Positions 20,376-29,809 of a stretch of 64,000 nucleotides of DNA are shown here, piece after piece; positions within the stretch are counted from its first letter, which is position 1; each line of letters starts with the position of its first letter. The notes under the pieces were generated by a model, which saw only the letters and a list, made by a program, of their open reading frames with translations, was not told the origin of the DNA and searched no databases. The translations under genes were made by a program, and so were the position numbers. The stretch covers positions 6,890 to 70,889 of the forward strand of contig CAVJZZ010000005.1 in NCBI GenBank assembly GCA_963654295.1, read 5' to 3'. Origin of the DNA: Lachnospiraceae bacterium (lineage in GTDB: Bacteria; Bacteroidota; Bacteroidia; Bacteroidales; Bacteroidaceae).

Positions 20376-21716
20376 CTACATGCCTGGCATCTTCATGCCC
20401 TTCATGTGTTTCATCATGCCAGCCATCTTGCTGCCGGTCACCATCTTCATCATCTTGCGGGTCTGGTCAAACTGCTTGATGAGGCGGTTCACCTCCTGGA
20501 TGTTCGTACCCGATCCCTTGGCGATGCGCTGACGGCGGCTGGTGTTGAGAATGCCTGGATTGCTGCGCTCTTCCTTAGTCATGCTGTAGATGATAGCCTC
20601 AATGCCCTTGAAGGCGTTGTCGTCTATTTCCACATCTTTGATGGCCTTGCCGACACCCGGTATCATCGAAGCGAGATCCTTAAGGTTTCCCATCTTCTTG
20701 ATCTGCTGTATCTGATTGAGGAAGTCATTGAAGTCAAACTGGTTCTTCTGTATCTTCTTCTGCAGTTTCTTCGCCTCTTCCTCGTCAAACTGCTCCTGGG
20801 CACGTTCCACAAGACTGACGATATCGCCCATGCCAAGAATACGGTCTGCCATACGTGCGGGATGGAACACGTCTACGGCTTCCATCTTCTCACCTGTACC
20901 GACAAACTTGATAGGCTTTGTCACTACTGTGCGGATACTTAAGGCTGCACCGCCGCGGGTGTCACCGTCAAGTTTGGTGAGAACCACACCGTCGAAGTCA
21001 AGTCGGTCGTTGAATTCCTTGGCTGTATTCACAGCATCCTGACCCGTCATGGAATCCACGACAAACAGGGTCTCGTCGGGATGAATAGAGTCTTTGAGGT
21101 GTGAAATCTCGTTCATCATCTCCTCATCGATCGCCAAGCGACCTGCCGTATCGACGATGACCACATCGTTTCCTTTCGCTTTTGCCTCAGCAATGGCATG
21201 GTTGGCGATTTCCACCACGTCCTTGTTTTCCGGCTCGGAATATACAGGCACGTTCACCTGCTCTCCCACCACTTTCAACTGGTCGATGGCAGCAGGGCGG
21301 TATACATCGCACGCCACGAGCAGAGGATTCTTATGCTGTTTGGTCTTGAGCATGTTGGCCAACTTGCCGCTGAAGGTTGTCTTACCGGATCCTTGCAGAC
21401 CAGACATCAAGATGATAGCTGGCTTTCCTTTCAAGTTCAGGTCTACCGCCTCACCTCCCATCAACTCGGCAAGCTCGTCGTGTACAAGTTTCACCATCAA
21501 CTGTCCTGGCTTCACGGCATTGAGCACGTTCATGCCCAGTGCTTTCTTCTTCACCGTGTCAGTGAATGTCTTGGCCACTTTATAGTTTACGTCGGCATCA
21601 AGCAACGCTCTTCTCACATCCTTGAGGGTTTCGGCTACATTGATTTCCGTGATCTTGCCTTCGCCTTTCAGTATTTTGAAAGAACGTTCAAGTCTGTCAC
21701 TTAAATTCTCGAACAT
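20376..21716 (-). CDS. ffh: Signal recognition particle protein
   Basis: [28 protein letters not shown], Met-rich C-terminus. Confidence 0.98.
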   Translation of the reverse strand: MFENLSDRLERSFKILKGEGKITEINVAETLKDVRRALLDADVNYKVAKTFTDTVKKKALGMNVLNAVKPGQLMVKLVHDELAELMGGEAVDLNLKGKPAIILMSGLQGSGKTTFSGKLANMLKTKQHKNPLLVACDVYRPAAIDQLKVVGEQVNVPVYSEPENKDVVEIANHAIAEAKAKGNDVVIVDTAGRLAIDEEMMNEISHLKDSIHPDETLFVVDSMTGQDAVNTAKEFNDRLDFDGVVLTKLDGDTRGGAALSIRTVVTKPIKFVGTGEKMEAVDVFHPARMADRILGMGDIVSLVERAQEQFDEEEAKKLQKKIQKNQFDFNDFLNQIQQIKKMGNLKDLASMIPGVGKAIKDVEIDDNAFKGIEAIIYSMTKEERSNPGILNTSRRQRIAKGSGTNIQEVNRLIKQFDQTRKMMKMVTGSKMAGMMKHMKGMKMPGM

Positions 21717-21891
21717 ATCTACAGAATTGTTTTATTTTTCTTGATAATTATTCTTTTTGGGTATTGCAAAAGTAATCAATATTGTAGAGAATAGGGGGAA
21801 AAGGCACAGGTATTTAAAATATTTTAAATTAGTTTTCCCGAAAAATGCGCACAACATATAGTGGTGTGCAATAAATCTTGCCACGCAAGGC

Positions 21892-22461
21892 TCAGTCGAA
21901 TTCGTTCAACTCCTTATAGATGCGCTGCACGGGCAACCCCATCACGTTGTAGTAACTTCCGTTCAAGCCCGTCACGCCGACATAGCCTATCCATTCCTGC
22001 ACGCCATAGGCACCGGCCTTGTCTAAGGGCTTGTATTTCTCCACGTAATAATTGATCTCTGCATCCGACAATTCCTTGAACGTCACCTCTGTCGTCACCG
22101 AGAAATGCCGCTGCTGCTTGGCCGTGGTCAGACAGACACCCGTGATGACGCGATGTGTCTTGCCACTCAACTTGCGGAGCATGTCGTGCGCATCGGCAGC
22201 ATCACGGGGTTTCCCAAGCACCTCGTCACCAAGCACGACAATGGTATCAGCTGTCAATACCAGTTCATCGTCGGCAATCATGCCCTGATAAGCTGCAGCT
22301 TTTTCACGCGCGATATACTCGGCAGTTTCACAGGTGGGCAAATCTGCCGGATAGGACTCACTCACGTCCGGCAACACCTTTACCTCAAACGGAATATCGA
22401 GTCCTGCGAGCAGTTCGCGCCGTCTGGGGGAGTTGCTCGCCAGAATAATCTTGTATTTCAT
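21892..22461 (-). CDS. maf: Maf family NTP pyrophosphatase
   Basis: ILASNSPRR, ADTIV, DKAGAYG, NVMGLP. Confidence 0.95.
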   Translation of the reverse strand: MKYKIILASNSPRRRELLAGLDIPFEVKVLPDVSESYPADLPTCETAEYIAREKAAAYQGMIADDELVLTADTIVVLGDEVLGKPRDAADAHDMLRKLSGKTHRVITGVCLTTAKQQRHFSVTTEVTFKELSDAEINYYVEKYKPLDKAGAYGVQEWIGYVGVTGLNGSYYNVMGLPVQRIYKELNEFD

Positions 22462-22482
22462 GTTCGTTCGTTTTTGTTTCGA

Positions 22483-23001
22483 TTACCACCCGAAGGCAAC
22501 GGCGTCACTGAGCCATTTGCCTTGAGCCTTAAGCACTTGTTCGATAATGTCACGACCACAGCCACAACCGCCATTGCAGTCGCTGATATACCGGCAGATA
22601 CGCTTCACGTCGGTGCAGGCATCCTTAGGACAGCAAGGACATCCGCACGCCATCAGCACCTCGTAGTCCGGGATATCGTCGCCCACATAGATCACCTCTT
22701 CGGGCTGGTATCCGTACTTGTCAAGGAATTCGCGGAACGCCTTTATCTTCACGCTCACGCCCATACAGATGTCTTCCACGCCCAATCCCCGATAGCGCAT
22801 CTCCACAGCACGGGTATTCCCGCCCGTAATGATACCAATGCGCAGTCCTTTCTTCTGTGCCAACTGGATGGCATATCCGTCCTTGATATTCACGGTGCGC
22901 AAGGGTTCTCCCTCTGCACTGAGCGTGATGGTTTCTGCACTGAGCACGCCGTCTACATCAAAGACGACTGCCCTTATGCGTTTCAGATCGTAGTCTATCA
23001 T
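22483..23001 (-). CDS. kdsC: KDO 8-phosphate phosphatase (HAD family)
   Basis: [21 protein letters not shown]. Confidence 0.88.
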   Translation of the reverse strand: MIDYDLKRIRAVVFDVDGVLSAETITLSAEGEPLRTVNIKDGYAIQLAQKKGLRIGIITGGNTRAVEMRYRGLGVEDICMGVSVKIKAFREFLDKYGYQPEEVIYVGDDIPDYEVLMACGCPCCPKDACTDVKRICRYISDCNGGCGCGRDIIEQVLKAQGKWLSDAVAFGW

Positions 23002-23783
23002 GATTCTTCTTTTGTCGCTGATCGTTTATGTATGCTGAGGCTCATCCGCTCATAGAGGTCTTTCACCAACGGATTGTCCTTGAGCAGACGCGCTTGGTCG
23101 CGTATGATATTCTGGTCGAAGCGCACGGCAGGTCCAGTCTGCGCATCGGCAGGCGGCAAGGTGTGCACCTTACGGCAGGTTTCATCAATCAGCGGATACA
23201 TCACGCTGAAGTCCATACCATGGCGTGTCAAGATGTCGGATGCCACCGTATAGCAATGGTTCACAAAGTTGCATGCCCACACAGCCGAGAGATGCAGATA
23301 TCTGCGGTCTTCTGAAGACAAATAGCGCACCACATTACTTATACTGCCAGCCAAACGCTCTATGCAGGATTTGGCATACGTGTCGTTGTATTCTAAGAAG
23401 CAAGGTATCTCGCCGAAGTCCACCTCTTTTTCTTTACTAAACGTCTGCATGGGATAGATCACGCCATAATGGAGCGCCATTCCCTCAAACACGTTCATGG
23501 GCATACTCCCTGCCGTATGGACGAACACCTTGTTTTCCTTTCCCTTGCAGAGTTGCGGAACCAAATCTCCCATCACGCTGTCTTTTACGGATACGATATA
23601 GATGTCTGCATCCGATACGATACGTGACAAATCATCAGTGGGAGAACCTCCGAGGAGTTCTGCCAACGCCGTGGCATGTTCCATCGTGCGGCTGTATACC
23701 TGAAGGATATCATGTCCGGCTGCCAATAACGCCTTGCCCAGATTGGTGGCAAGGTTGCCGGCTCCTATCAATACTGTTTTCAT
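22998..23783 (-). CDS. Rossmann-like/DUF2520 oxidoreductase
   Basis: IGAGNLA, HTAGS, YPMQTFS, QTGPAVR. Confidence 0.88.
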   Translation of the reverse strand: MKTVLIGAGNLATNLGKALLAAGHDILQVYSRTMEHATALAELLGGSPTDDLSRIVSDADIYIVSVKDSVMGDLVPQLCKGKENKVFVHTAGSMPMNVFEGMALHYGVIYPMQTFSKEKEVDFGEIPCFLEYNDTYAKSCIERLAGSISNVVRYLSSEDRRYLHLSAVWACNFVNHCYTVASDILTRHGMDFSVMYPLIDETCRKVHTLPPADAQTGPAVRFDQNIIRDQARLLKDNPLVKDLYERMSLSIHKRSATKEES

Positions 23784-23890
23784 CTCTTAGATTATCGTCT
23801 TTTATTCGCAATAGCAAAAGTACGAACTTTCCACTGAAAAAGCCCGAACAATATTGTTTTTTTGGAAAGTTTTAGTAATTTTGCGCATAT

Positions 23891-24868
23891 ATGGAATACA
23901 CCATAACCATCATCCGACACAGTAAAGACTTGCCTCCACTGGCTTGTCACAACTTCTTCCACAGCACTGCCCTTTTCCGTATCATCGAGAAGACGCCTGG
24001 ACAGACTCCCTACATGCTCGTGGCACAGGACGACTGTGGCTGCGTGGTTGCCCACATGCTGGTGACGCTACGCAGGCGCGGAGCACTGATGCCGCCCTAT
24101 CTGTTCACGCAGGGGCGCATCTATGGCGAAGGTGAATATACCGAAGGAGTGGACCGGGAACGGATTTTCGGCATGATGCTCGACCGGCTCGACCAGACAT
24201 TGCGGCGCAAGTTGTGCCTGTACATTGAGTTTTCCAATCTCTCAAGGAAGATGTTCGGCTACAAGGAGTTCCGCCAGAGCCGCTATTTTCCCGTGCAATG
24301 GATGCAGATACACAACTCGCTACACAGTGCGAGTCCGGAAAAGAGACTTACGGAGAAGGTGCTCCACCGCATCGAAAATGCCGCCAAGCAAGGGGTCACC
24401 GTGCATGAAGCCACAGACGAACAAGAAATCAAGCGGTTTTATGGCGTGCTCCATGCCCACAACAGGCTTCGCTTCCTCAGTTATCTGCCGCACGAACGTC
24501 TGTTTGCCGAGATGCGAAGTCAGCAAGCCAACTGCCGTCTCTATGTATGCCAACAGCGGGGAAAGACCATCGGCAGCGGCGCTGTCATCTATTCCGAAGG
24601 TAACGCTTATCTGTGGTATTATGCCGCCAAAGGAAAAGTCAACCCCCTGCTCCACCCCAAGACTATGCTGCTGTGGCACGCTGTGAAGACCGCCCACATG
24701 GATGGTTGCCGCCACTTCTACTTCATGGATGCCGGACTTCCGTTCCGCCGCAGCCACACCCGCGAATTCATTCTTGGCTTTGGCGGAAAACCGGTGAGTT
24801 CCTACCGTTGGTTCAGGTTCAGCATCGGCTGGATCAACCGCCTGCTCTCATGGTTTTATAAGGAATAA
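23891..24868 (+). CDS. GNAT/FemAB-like acyltransferase
   Basis: AYLWY, FYFMDAG, FILGFGG FemAB-type C-terminal pattern. Confidence 0.75.
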   Translation: MEYTITIIRHSKDLPPLACHNFFHSTALFRIIEKTPGQTPYMLVAQDDCGCVVAHMLVTLRRRGALMPPYLFTQGRIYGEGEYTEGVDRERIFGMMLDRLDQTLRRKLCLYIEFSNLSRKMFGYKEFRQSRYFPVQWMQIHNSLHSASPEKRLTEKVLHRIENAAKQGVTVHEATDEQEIKRFYGVLHAHNRLRFLSYLPHERLFAEMRSQQANCRLYVCQQRGKTIGSGAVIYSEGNAYLWYYAAKGKVNPLLHPKTMLLWHAVKTAHMDGCRHFYFMDAGLPFRRSHTREFILGFGGKPVSSYRWFRFSIGWINRLLSWFYKE

Positions 24869-24921
24869 AAAAAAACGAAAGCCTCGTCCGGGCATTCGTT
24901 CCTAAGAAAAGAATAAAAGGA

Positions 24922-25300
24922 AAACAGTGTCCCTATAAGCCGGGTTCTGTTCCAGCTTGCGCCTCTCAACGCAAGCGGCATCTGTCATTTATCTACTCCA
25001 ACGGTCACCCATTGGCTCTAGCGTCCTACCCTCCGTCGCATTGCTCGGGCGGACAACCCTCGGTCGACGGTATACGCGAACTTGCAGCCTCCAGATGGCA
25101 CAGCCCGATGATCACCCATCGGCTGGTGGTCTCTTACACCACCTTCTCACCCTTACCTTGTCAAGCAAGGCGGTTGTTTTCTTCTGCCTCCTCCTACTGT
25201 TACCAATAGCTTCTACTTTCGGAAGTGGAGCGTCCTATGCTGCCCGGACTTTCCTCTTGCACCATATATAGATGCCAGCGACAGAACCGGGGCACTGTTT
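24922..25300 (-). ncRNA. rnpB: RNase P RNA (class A)
   Basis: Minus strand has GAGGAAAGTCCGGGC near the 5' end and ACAGAACCCGGCTTA near the 3' end. P1 ends pair (AACAGTGCCCC/GGGACACTGTT). TAACTTTG -7 element at 25309-25316. Confidence 0.96.
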
Positions 25301-25348
25301 CCATGATGCAAAGTTACAGTTTAATCTCTGAACCGCAAAATATATGTA

Positions 25349-26029
25349 TCATTTTTTCAATGCGCCAGCCAACTGCTCCGCAATTTGTGTCTGCCCTTTC
25401 ACTGTGGGATGACCAGCCTGTTTGTCAATTCCGGAAAGCTTGATAAGCTCCACACCATAGTGCTTGCAGATGGTTTCTGCAGACTCGTTGATGGCCTGTT
25501 TCAGTCCGTCATTAAGAATGAAGTATATCTTCACGTTCGGATAGCGAAGTTTCATATGGTCAAGCATATACGCCATGGCAGGACGAAAGTCGTAGAAGTC
25601 GCCACGCGTAAACCCGCTCCATTTGTATTCTCCTATAGGTGCACCCGCCCAACTGTCGTTCGTCGCACCAAAGATAAAGATAATGTCGGGGCAGCCAAGG
25701 TCGTCCATACGGGTGATGAAAGAACGGTCGGAATAGTCGTTGCCGCTATATCCCGTATAGGAAATGGTGGCTCCGCTGTAGGAGTTGTTGCGGCACAAGC
25801 GCCAACCCATTTGGGATATCAACTGGTGCCACCACATCTGGTCAACGCGACAAACATCGGTCTTGCGGGGTTTCTCGAAATACCACAATTCGTTGGTAGC
25901 AGGATGTGTGAAACCCTGAAACGTGGAATAGGAATCGCCAAGGATCGACACACTGGGTTTGTATTGCTGGGCACAAAGTGCCAACACGCAAAACAAGCAG
26001 CAAATCAAGGTTGTAGCTCTCTTCATCAT
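25349..26029 (-). CDS. SGNH/GDSL hydrolase, secreted
   Basis: Signal peptide, ILGDSYS, GATND, GHP. Confidence 0.88.
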   Translation of the reverse strand: MMKRATTLICCLFCVLALCAQQYKPSVSILGDSYSTFQGFTHPATNELWYFEKPRKTDVCRVDQMWWHQLISQMGWRLCRNNSYSGATISYTGYSGNDYSDRSFITRMDDLGCPDIIFIFGATNDSWAGAPIGEYKWSGFTRGDFYDFRPAMAYMLDHMKLRYPNVKIYFILNDGLKQAINESAETICKHYGVELIKLSGIDKQAGHPTVKGQTQIAEQLAGALKK

Positions 26030-26060
26030 CTTCGTTCTGTTTTATTCGTTTCTATGTTTA

Positions 26061-27617
26061 TCAGAATGGTGGTGAGGTCATCTGTTGGAAGTCAGCCTCA
26101 CCAGCCGCCATCAAGGGGTCATTCATCTGAGGTCCGTCCATCTGTCCGCCGACATATTCGCCTTCGGGTGATTCCTGCGACATGGAAGGCTCGTCCTTAT
26201 ACACGTCTTCCGGATTGGCAAAGCGCGTGAACTCACCCTGGAAGTTGAGCAGCACATCGCCTGTGGCACCCTTACGGTGCTTGGCTATGATGATCTGCGC
26301 CATGCCACGATAGTCGTTTCCCTTCTCGTCTTCATAGATGTGATAGTATTCGGGGCGGTGCACGAACAATACCATGTCGGCATCTTGCTCGATGGCTCCC
26401 GACTCACGCAAGTCGCTTAACTGCGGGCGCTTGCCTTCCACGCCTTCGCGCTGTTCCACATTACGACTCAACTGACTGAGTGCCAACACAGGTATATCAA
26501 GTTCCTTAGCCAATCCCTTCAACGAGCGGCTGATGGTAGACACCTCTTCCTGACGGTTTCCAAAACGCATGCCGTTGGCATTCATCAGCTGCAAATAGTC
26601 GATCATGATAAGCTTCACACCCTTCTCTCTCACCAGTCGCCGCGCCTTGGTACGCAGTTCGAAGACGGAAAGTCCCGGGGTGTCGTCCACATAGAGGGGT
26701 GCACCGTCCAGTTTTCTCAGGTTGTTGTTGAGCTGTGCCCATTCGGGCTCGTTCAACTGACCGTTCATGATCTTGCTTCCTGGTATGGAGCAAGTGTTGG
26801 AGATAAGTCGGTTCACCAGCTGCACGTTGTTCATTTCGAGCGAGAAGAATGCGATGGGTTCACGATAGTCTACGGCGATATTCTTTGCGATAGACAGTGC
26901 GAACGAGGTCTTACCCATGGCTGGACGACCGGCGATGATGACCAGGTCGGAGGGTTGCCAGCCACTCGTGATGCGGTCGAGCTTGGTGTAGCCGCTCGGC
27001 ACACCTGTCAAACCGCCCTGCTGTGCGGCAGCTTTCTGTATGTTTTCATACGCCTTTTTCACCACAGGGTCTATCTGGGTGTAGTCCTGACGCATGTTCT
27101 TCTGCGACAGCTCGAAAAGTGCACCTTCGGCTTCCTGCATCAGTTCGTCGATGTCTACGCCCTCTTCAAACGCCTTGGTCTCTATCAGACTTGAATAGGA
27201 AATGAGTTGGCGCGCCAAAAACTTCTGTGCCAGAATCTTGGCGTGATATTCCACATGTGCGGACGACGCCACGCCGTTGGAGATCTGAAAGAGATAGGGC
27301 GGATTGCCTGCCTGCTCCAGCGTCCCTTCCCGCTTCAGTTCCTCGGTCACGGTCATGATGTCGACCGGCTTTTCTTCGAGGTTCAGCGTCTGGATGGCAG
27401 CGTATATATATTGGTGTTGGGGCAGATAGAACGTTTCTGGGCGCAACAGTTCCGAAACGATGGAAAAGGCGTCCTTGTCGATCAGCAAGGCGCCCAACAC
27501 AGCTTTCTCTATTTCAGTGGCCTGGGGAGGCAACTTGCCGTAGATGCCGTCGACCATGGGCGGCTGCCCCGGATTGTTCACAATCTTATAGTTTCTCTTC
27601 TGTTTGCTGTCTGCCAT
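26061..27617 (-). CDS. dnaB: Replicative DNA helicase
   Basis: AGRPAMGKT, FSLEM, IDYLQL, LSQLSR, DLRESGAIEQDAD. Confidence 0.98.
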   Translation of the reverse strand: MADSKQKRNYKIVNNPGQPPMVDGIYGKLPPQATEIEKAVLGALLIDKDAFSIVSELLRPETFYLPQHQYIYAAIQTLNLEEKPVDIMTVTEELKREGTLEQAGNPPYLFQISNGVASSAHVEYHAKILAQKFLARQLISYSSLIETKAFEEGVDIDELMQEAEGALFELSQKNMRQDYTQIDPVVKKAYENIQKAAAQQGGLTGVPSGYTKLDRITSGWQPSDLVIIAGRPAMGKTSFALSIAKNIAVDYREPIAFFSLEMNNVQLVNRLISNTCSIPGSKIMNGQLNEPEWAQLNNNLRKLDGAPLYVDDTPGLSVFELRTKARRLVREKGVKLIMIDYLQLMNANGMRFGNRQEEVSTISRSLKGLAKELDIPVLALSQLSRNVEQREGVEGKRPQLSDLRESGAIEQDADMVLFVHRPEYYHIYEDEKGNDYRGMAQIIIAKHRKGATGDVLLNFQGEFTRFANPEDVYKDEPSMSQESPEGEYVGGQMDGPQMNDPLMAAGEADFQQMTSPPF

Positions 27618-27779
27618 TTGAGCTTGTCGTTATTCGTTAGTGGCTGCAAATTTACACAAAAGTTGCAACATACACGTCTCGTCCGCCAACTTTTATTTCT
27701 CGCTCCACTTCACGTCCCTTTTGCATAAAGATAACCTACTTTCTCCACAAGGCTACTATTTTCCGCATTTCTGGTTAGG

Positions 27780-27879
27780 CAAAATCTCCGTTCCGTACTT
27801 CGGAATGTACATTCCGTACTTTGGAACGCACATTCCGTACTTTGGAACGTACATTCCGTAGTTCGGAACGGAGATTTTG
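27780..27879. repeat. Palindromic array of four 21-bp units with 16-bp terminal inverted repeats (MITE/REPIN-like)
   Basis: CAAAATCTCCGTTCCG ... CGGAACGGAGATTTTG; units start at 27791, 27812, 27833, 27854. Confidence 0.9.
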
Positions 27880-28069
27880 ATTATATTTAAATGCAAAAAC
27901 ATATAGCTTCTCGGGGGATGAAACCTAACCTTATGCCACTCATATTATAGCTGAATGGGAAGAGCCGAACACAAGCACCGCGGAAAACACAGCCTCAGAA
28001 AAAACAACGGCTTTATTTTGCCCGTTTCTCCAATTGCATTACCTTTGCATACAGATAAAACACCATGTT

Positions 28070-28909
28070 ATGATTGTATTCCCAAACGCCAAGATCAATC
28101 TTGGACTCAACATCGTGGGCAAACGCCCTGACGGTTACCATGACCTGGAGACCGTGTTCTACCCTATTCCACTCTGCGATGCATTGGAAATAAAAAAAAT
28201 GGACGAGCATTTCCCCTCCTCCACAGACTGCGACCTGAAGGTGACGGGCAATGCCGTAGACTGCGACGAGCGCAACAATCTGGTCGTCAAAGCATACGAA
28301 CTGATAGCGGCAGACTTCAAGCTCCCCCGCATTCATATCCACCTTTATAAACATATCCCCTCCCAAGCCGGCTTGGGAGGCGGTTCAAGCGATGCCGCCT
28401 TCATGATCAAACTGCTCGACGAACGTTTCCGACTCAACATGGGACAGTCTTTGATGGAACAGTATGCCGCCCGACTGGGTGCCGACTGCGCCTTCTTCAT
28501 CCGCAACGAGGTGTCTTTCGCCCAAGGTATCGGCGAGATTCTGGAACCTGCCGACACACCCGACGGTAACTTGGAAGGTTATTGGATGACGGTGGTAAAA
28601 CCCGGCATCTCTGTCTCCACCGCTGAGGCTTTTGCACGCATCGAGCCACACAAACCGCAGATGTGCTGCCGCGACATCGTGAAGAAGCACATCGGAGAAT
28701 GGCGCGACATGCTCCACAACGACTTCGAAGACTCGGTGTTTGCCGTCCATCCGGAACTGGAAGCCATCAAGAACCGACTTTACAGTCTGGGAGCCGCTTA
28801 TGCGCAGATGTCTGGTAGCGGCAGTGCTCTCTACGGCATCTTCTATGAACAGCCGCAAGGTGTAGAAGAAGCGTTCCCCGACTATTTCACGTTCACTGCC
28901 AAACTGTAA
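28070..28909 (+). CDS. ispE: 4-diphosphocytidyl-2-C-methyl-D-erythritol kinase
   Basis: AKINLGL, DGYH, AGLGGGSSDAA, MSGSGS; -7 element TACCTTTG at 28040-28047. Confidence 0.96.
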   Translation: MIVFPNAKINLGLNIVGKRPDGYHDLETVFYPIPLCDALEIKKMDEHFPSSTDCDLKVTGNAVDCDERNNLVVKAYELIAADFKLPRIHIHLYKHIPSQAGLGGGSSDAAFMIKLLDERFRLNMGQSLMEQYAARLGADCAFFIRNEVSFAQGIGEILEPADTPDGNLEGYWMTVVKPGISVSTAEAFARIEPHKPQMCCRDIVKKHIGEWRDMLHNDFEDSVFAVHPELEAIKNRLYSLGAAYAQMSGSGSALYGIFYEQPQGVEEAFPDYFTFTAKL

Positions 28910-28913
28910 ACGC

Positions 28914-29417
28914 ATGAGAGACAACCAACAGGAACTGTTCCCCGTTGTCGACGAGGCTGGCAACGTGACGGGAAGCATCGACCGCAAACATGCGCACGAC
29001 GGCAGCAAGATTCTGCACCCTGTGGTGCATCTGCACGTGTTCAACAGCCGAGGAGAACTGTATCTTCAAAAGCGCCCACAATGGAAAGACATCCAACCGG
29101 GCAGATGGGACACAGCTACTGGAGGACACGTGGACTATGGGGAAAGCGTGGACGAGGCACTCAGAAGAGAGGTGAGAGAAGAGTTGGGCATCACCGACTT
29201 CACTCCACAATTCTTGGGAAAGTATGTCTTTGAAGGCAAGCGAGAACGAGAACTGGTATACGTGCACCGCACCTGCTACGACGGCATCGTCAATCCAAGT
29301 CCCGAAGAATTGGACGGCGGTCGCTTCTGGACTGCTGACGAGATTCGCGAGAACATAGGTAAAGACATATTCACGCCCAACTTTGAAAGCGAGTATCTTT
29401 CCTTCTTCGGAAAATAA
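28914..29417 (+). CDS. NUDIX hydrolase (IDI/YfcD-like)
   Basis: Nudix box GGHVDYGESVDEALRREVREELG; LYLQKR. Confidence 0.9.
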   Translation: MRDNQQELFPVVDEAGNVTGSIDRKHAHDGSKILHPVVHLHVFNSRGELYLQKRPQWKDIQPGRWDTATGGHVDYGESVDEALRREVREELGITDFTPQFLGKYVFEGKRERELVYVHRTCYDGIVNPSPEELDGGRFWTADEIRENIGKDIFTPNFESEYLSFFGK

Positions 29418-29464
29418 CCAAGCATCACCCCTTGAACCAGCAGACAAGCAATTTTCACAGAAAA

Positions 29465-29651
29465 GAATAGCATGTCATGCATCCCGAACAAACGCAAAGT
29501 AGTAGTCGACGCGTCCCCGCGTCGACCCAAAGGCACATGAATAGCATGTCATGCATTGCATCCCGAACAGCACAAGGGATGCGGCGAGGACGCCGCACCT
29601 ACTACAACAAGCGCAGTATAGGAGGCGACGCGCCCTCGCGTCGCCCTTAGC
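29465..29651. repeat. REP/BIME-like cluster 3: class A (+, 29499-29529), class B (-, 29576-29605), class C (+, 29618-29651), with a duplicated linker
   Basis: GTAGTAGTCGACGCGTCCCCGCGTCGACCCA; linker GAATAGCATGTCATGCAT(TGCAT)CCCGAACA at 29465 and 29539. Confidence 0.88.
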
Positions 29652-29809
29652 GCAAAAGCTAATATCCTATCATTTCAAGAATAATCGCAAAAAGCGCATC
29701 CAACTTCACAGTCGGATGCGCTTCTGGTAAAAACCTTTTTAATTGGTAGGTCGGCCTAACGACCGACAGGATCTAGTTTAAAGCGTATGTAAAATCCTCA
29801 TTAATACTC

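Noticed and set aside
24957..25443. Plus-strand ORFs of 65-104 aa
   Set aside because: They are antisense to RNase P RNA.
26061..27617. Intein in DnaB
   Set aside because: The helicase motifs are contiguous; the extra length is in terminal extensions.
27640..27861. 73-aa ORF with PYFGTHI-like repeats
   Set aside because: It is the translation of the 21-bp DNA repeat, has a GTG start and overlaps the dnaB promoter.
27780..27879. 21-bp array as a mini-CRISPR
   Set aside because: The sequences between dyads are only 6 nt and nearly identical, and there are no cas genes.
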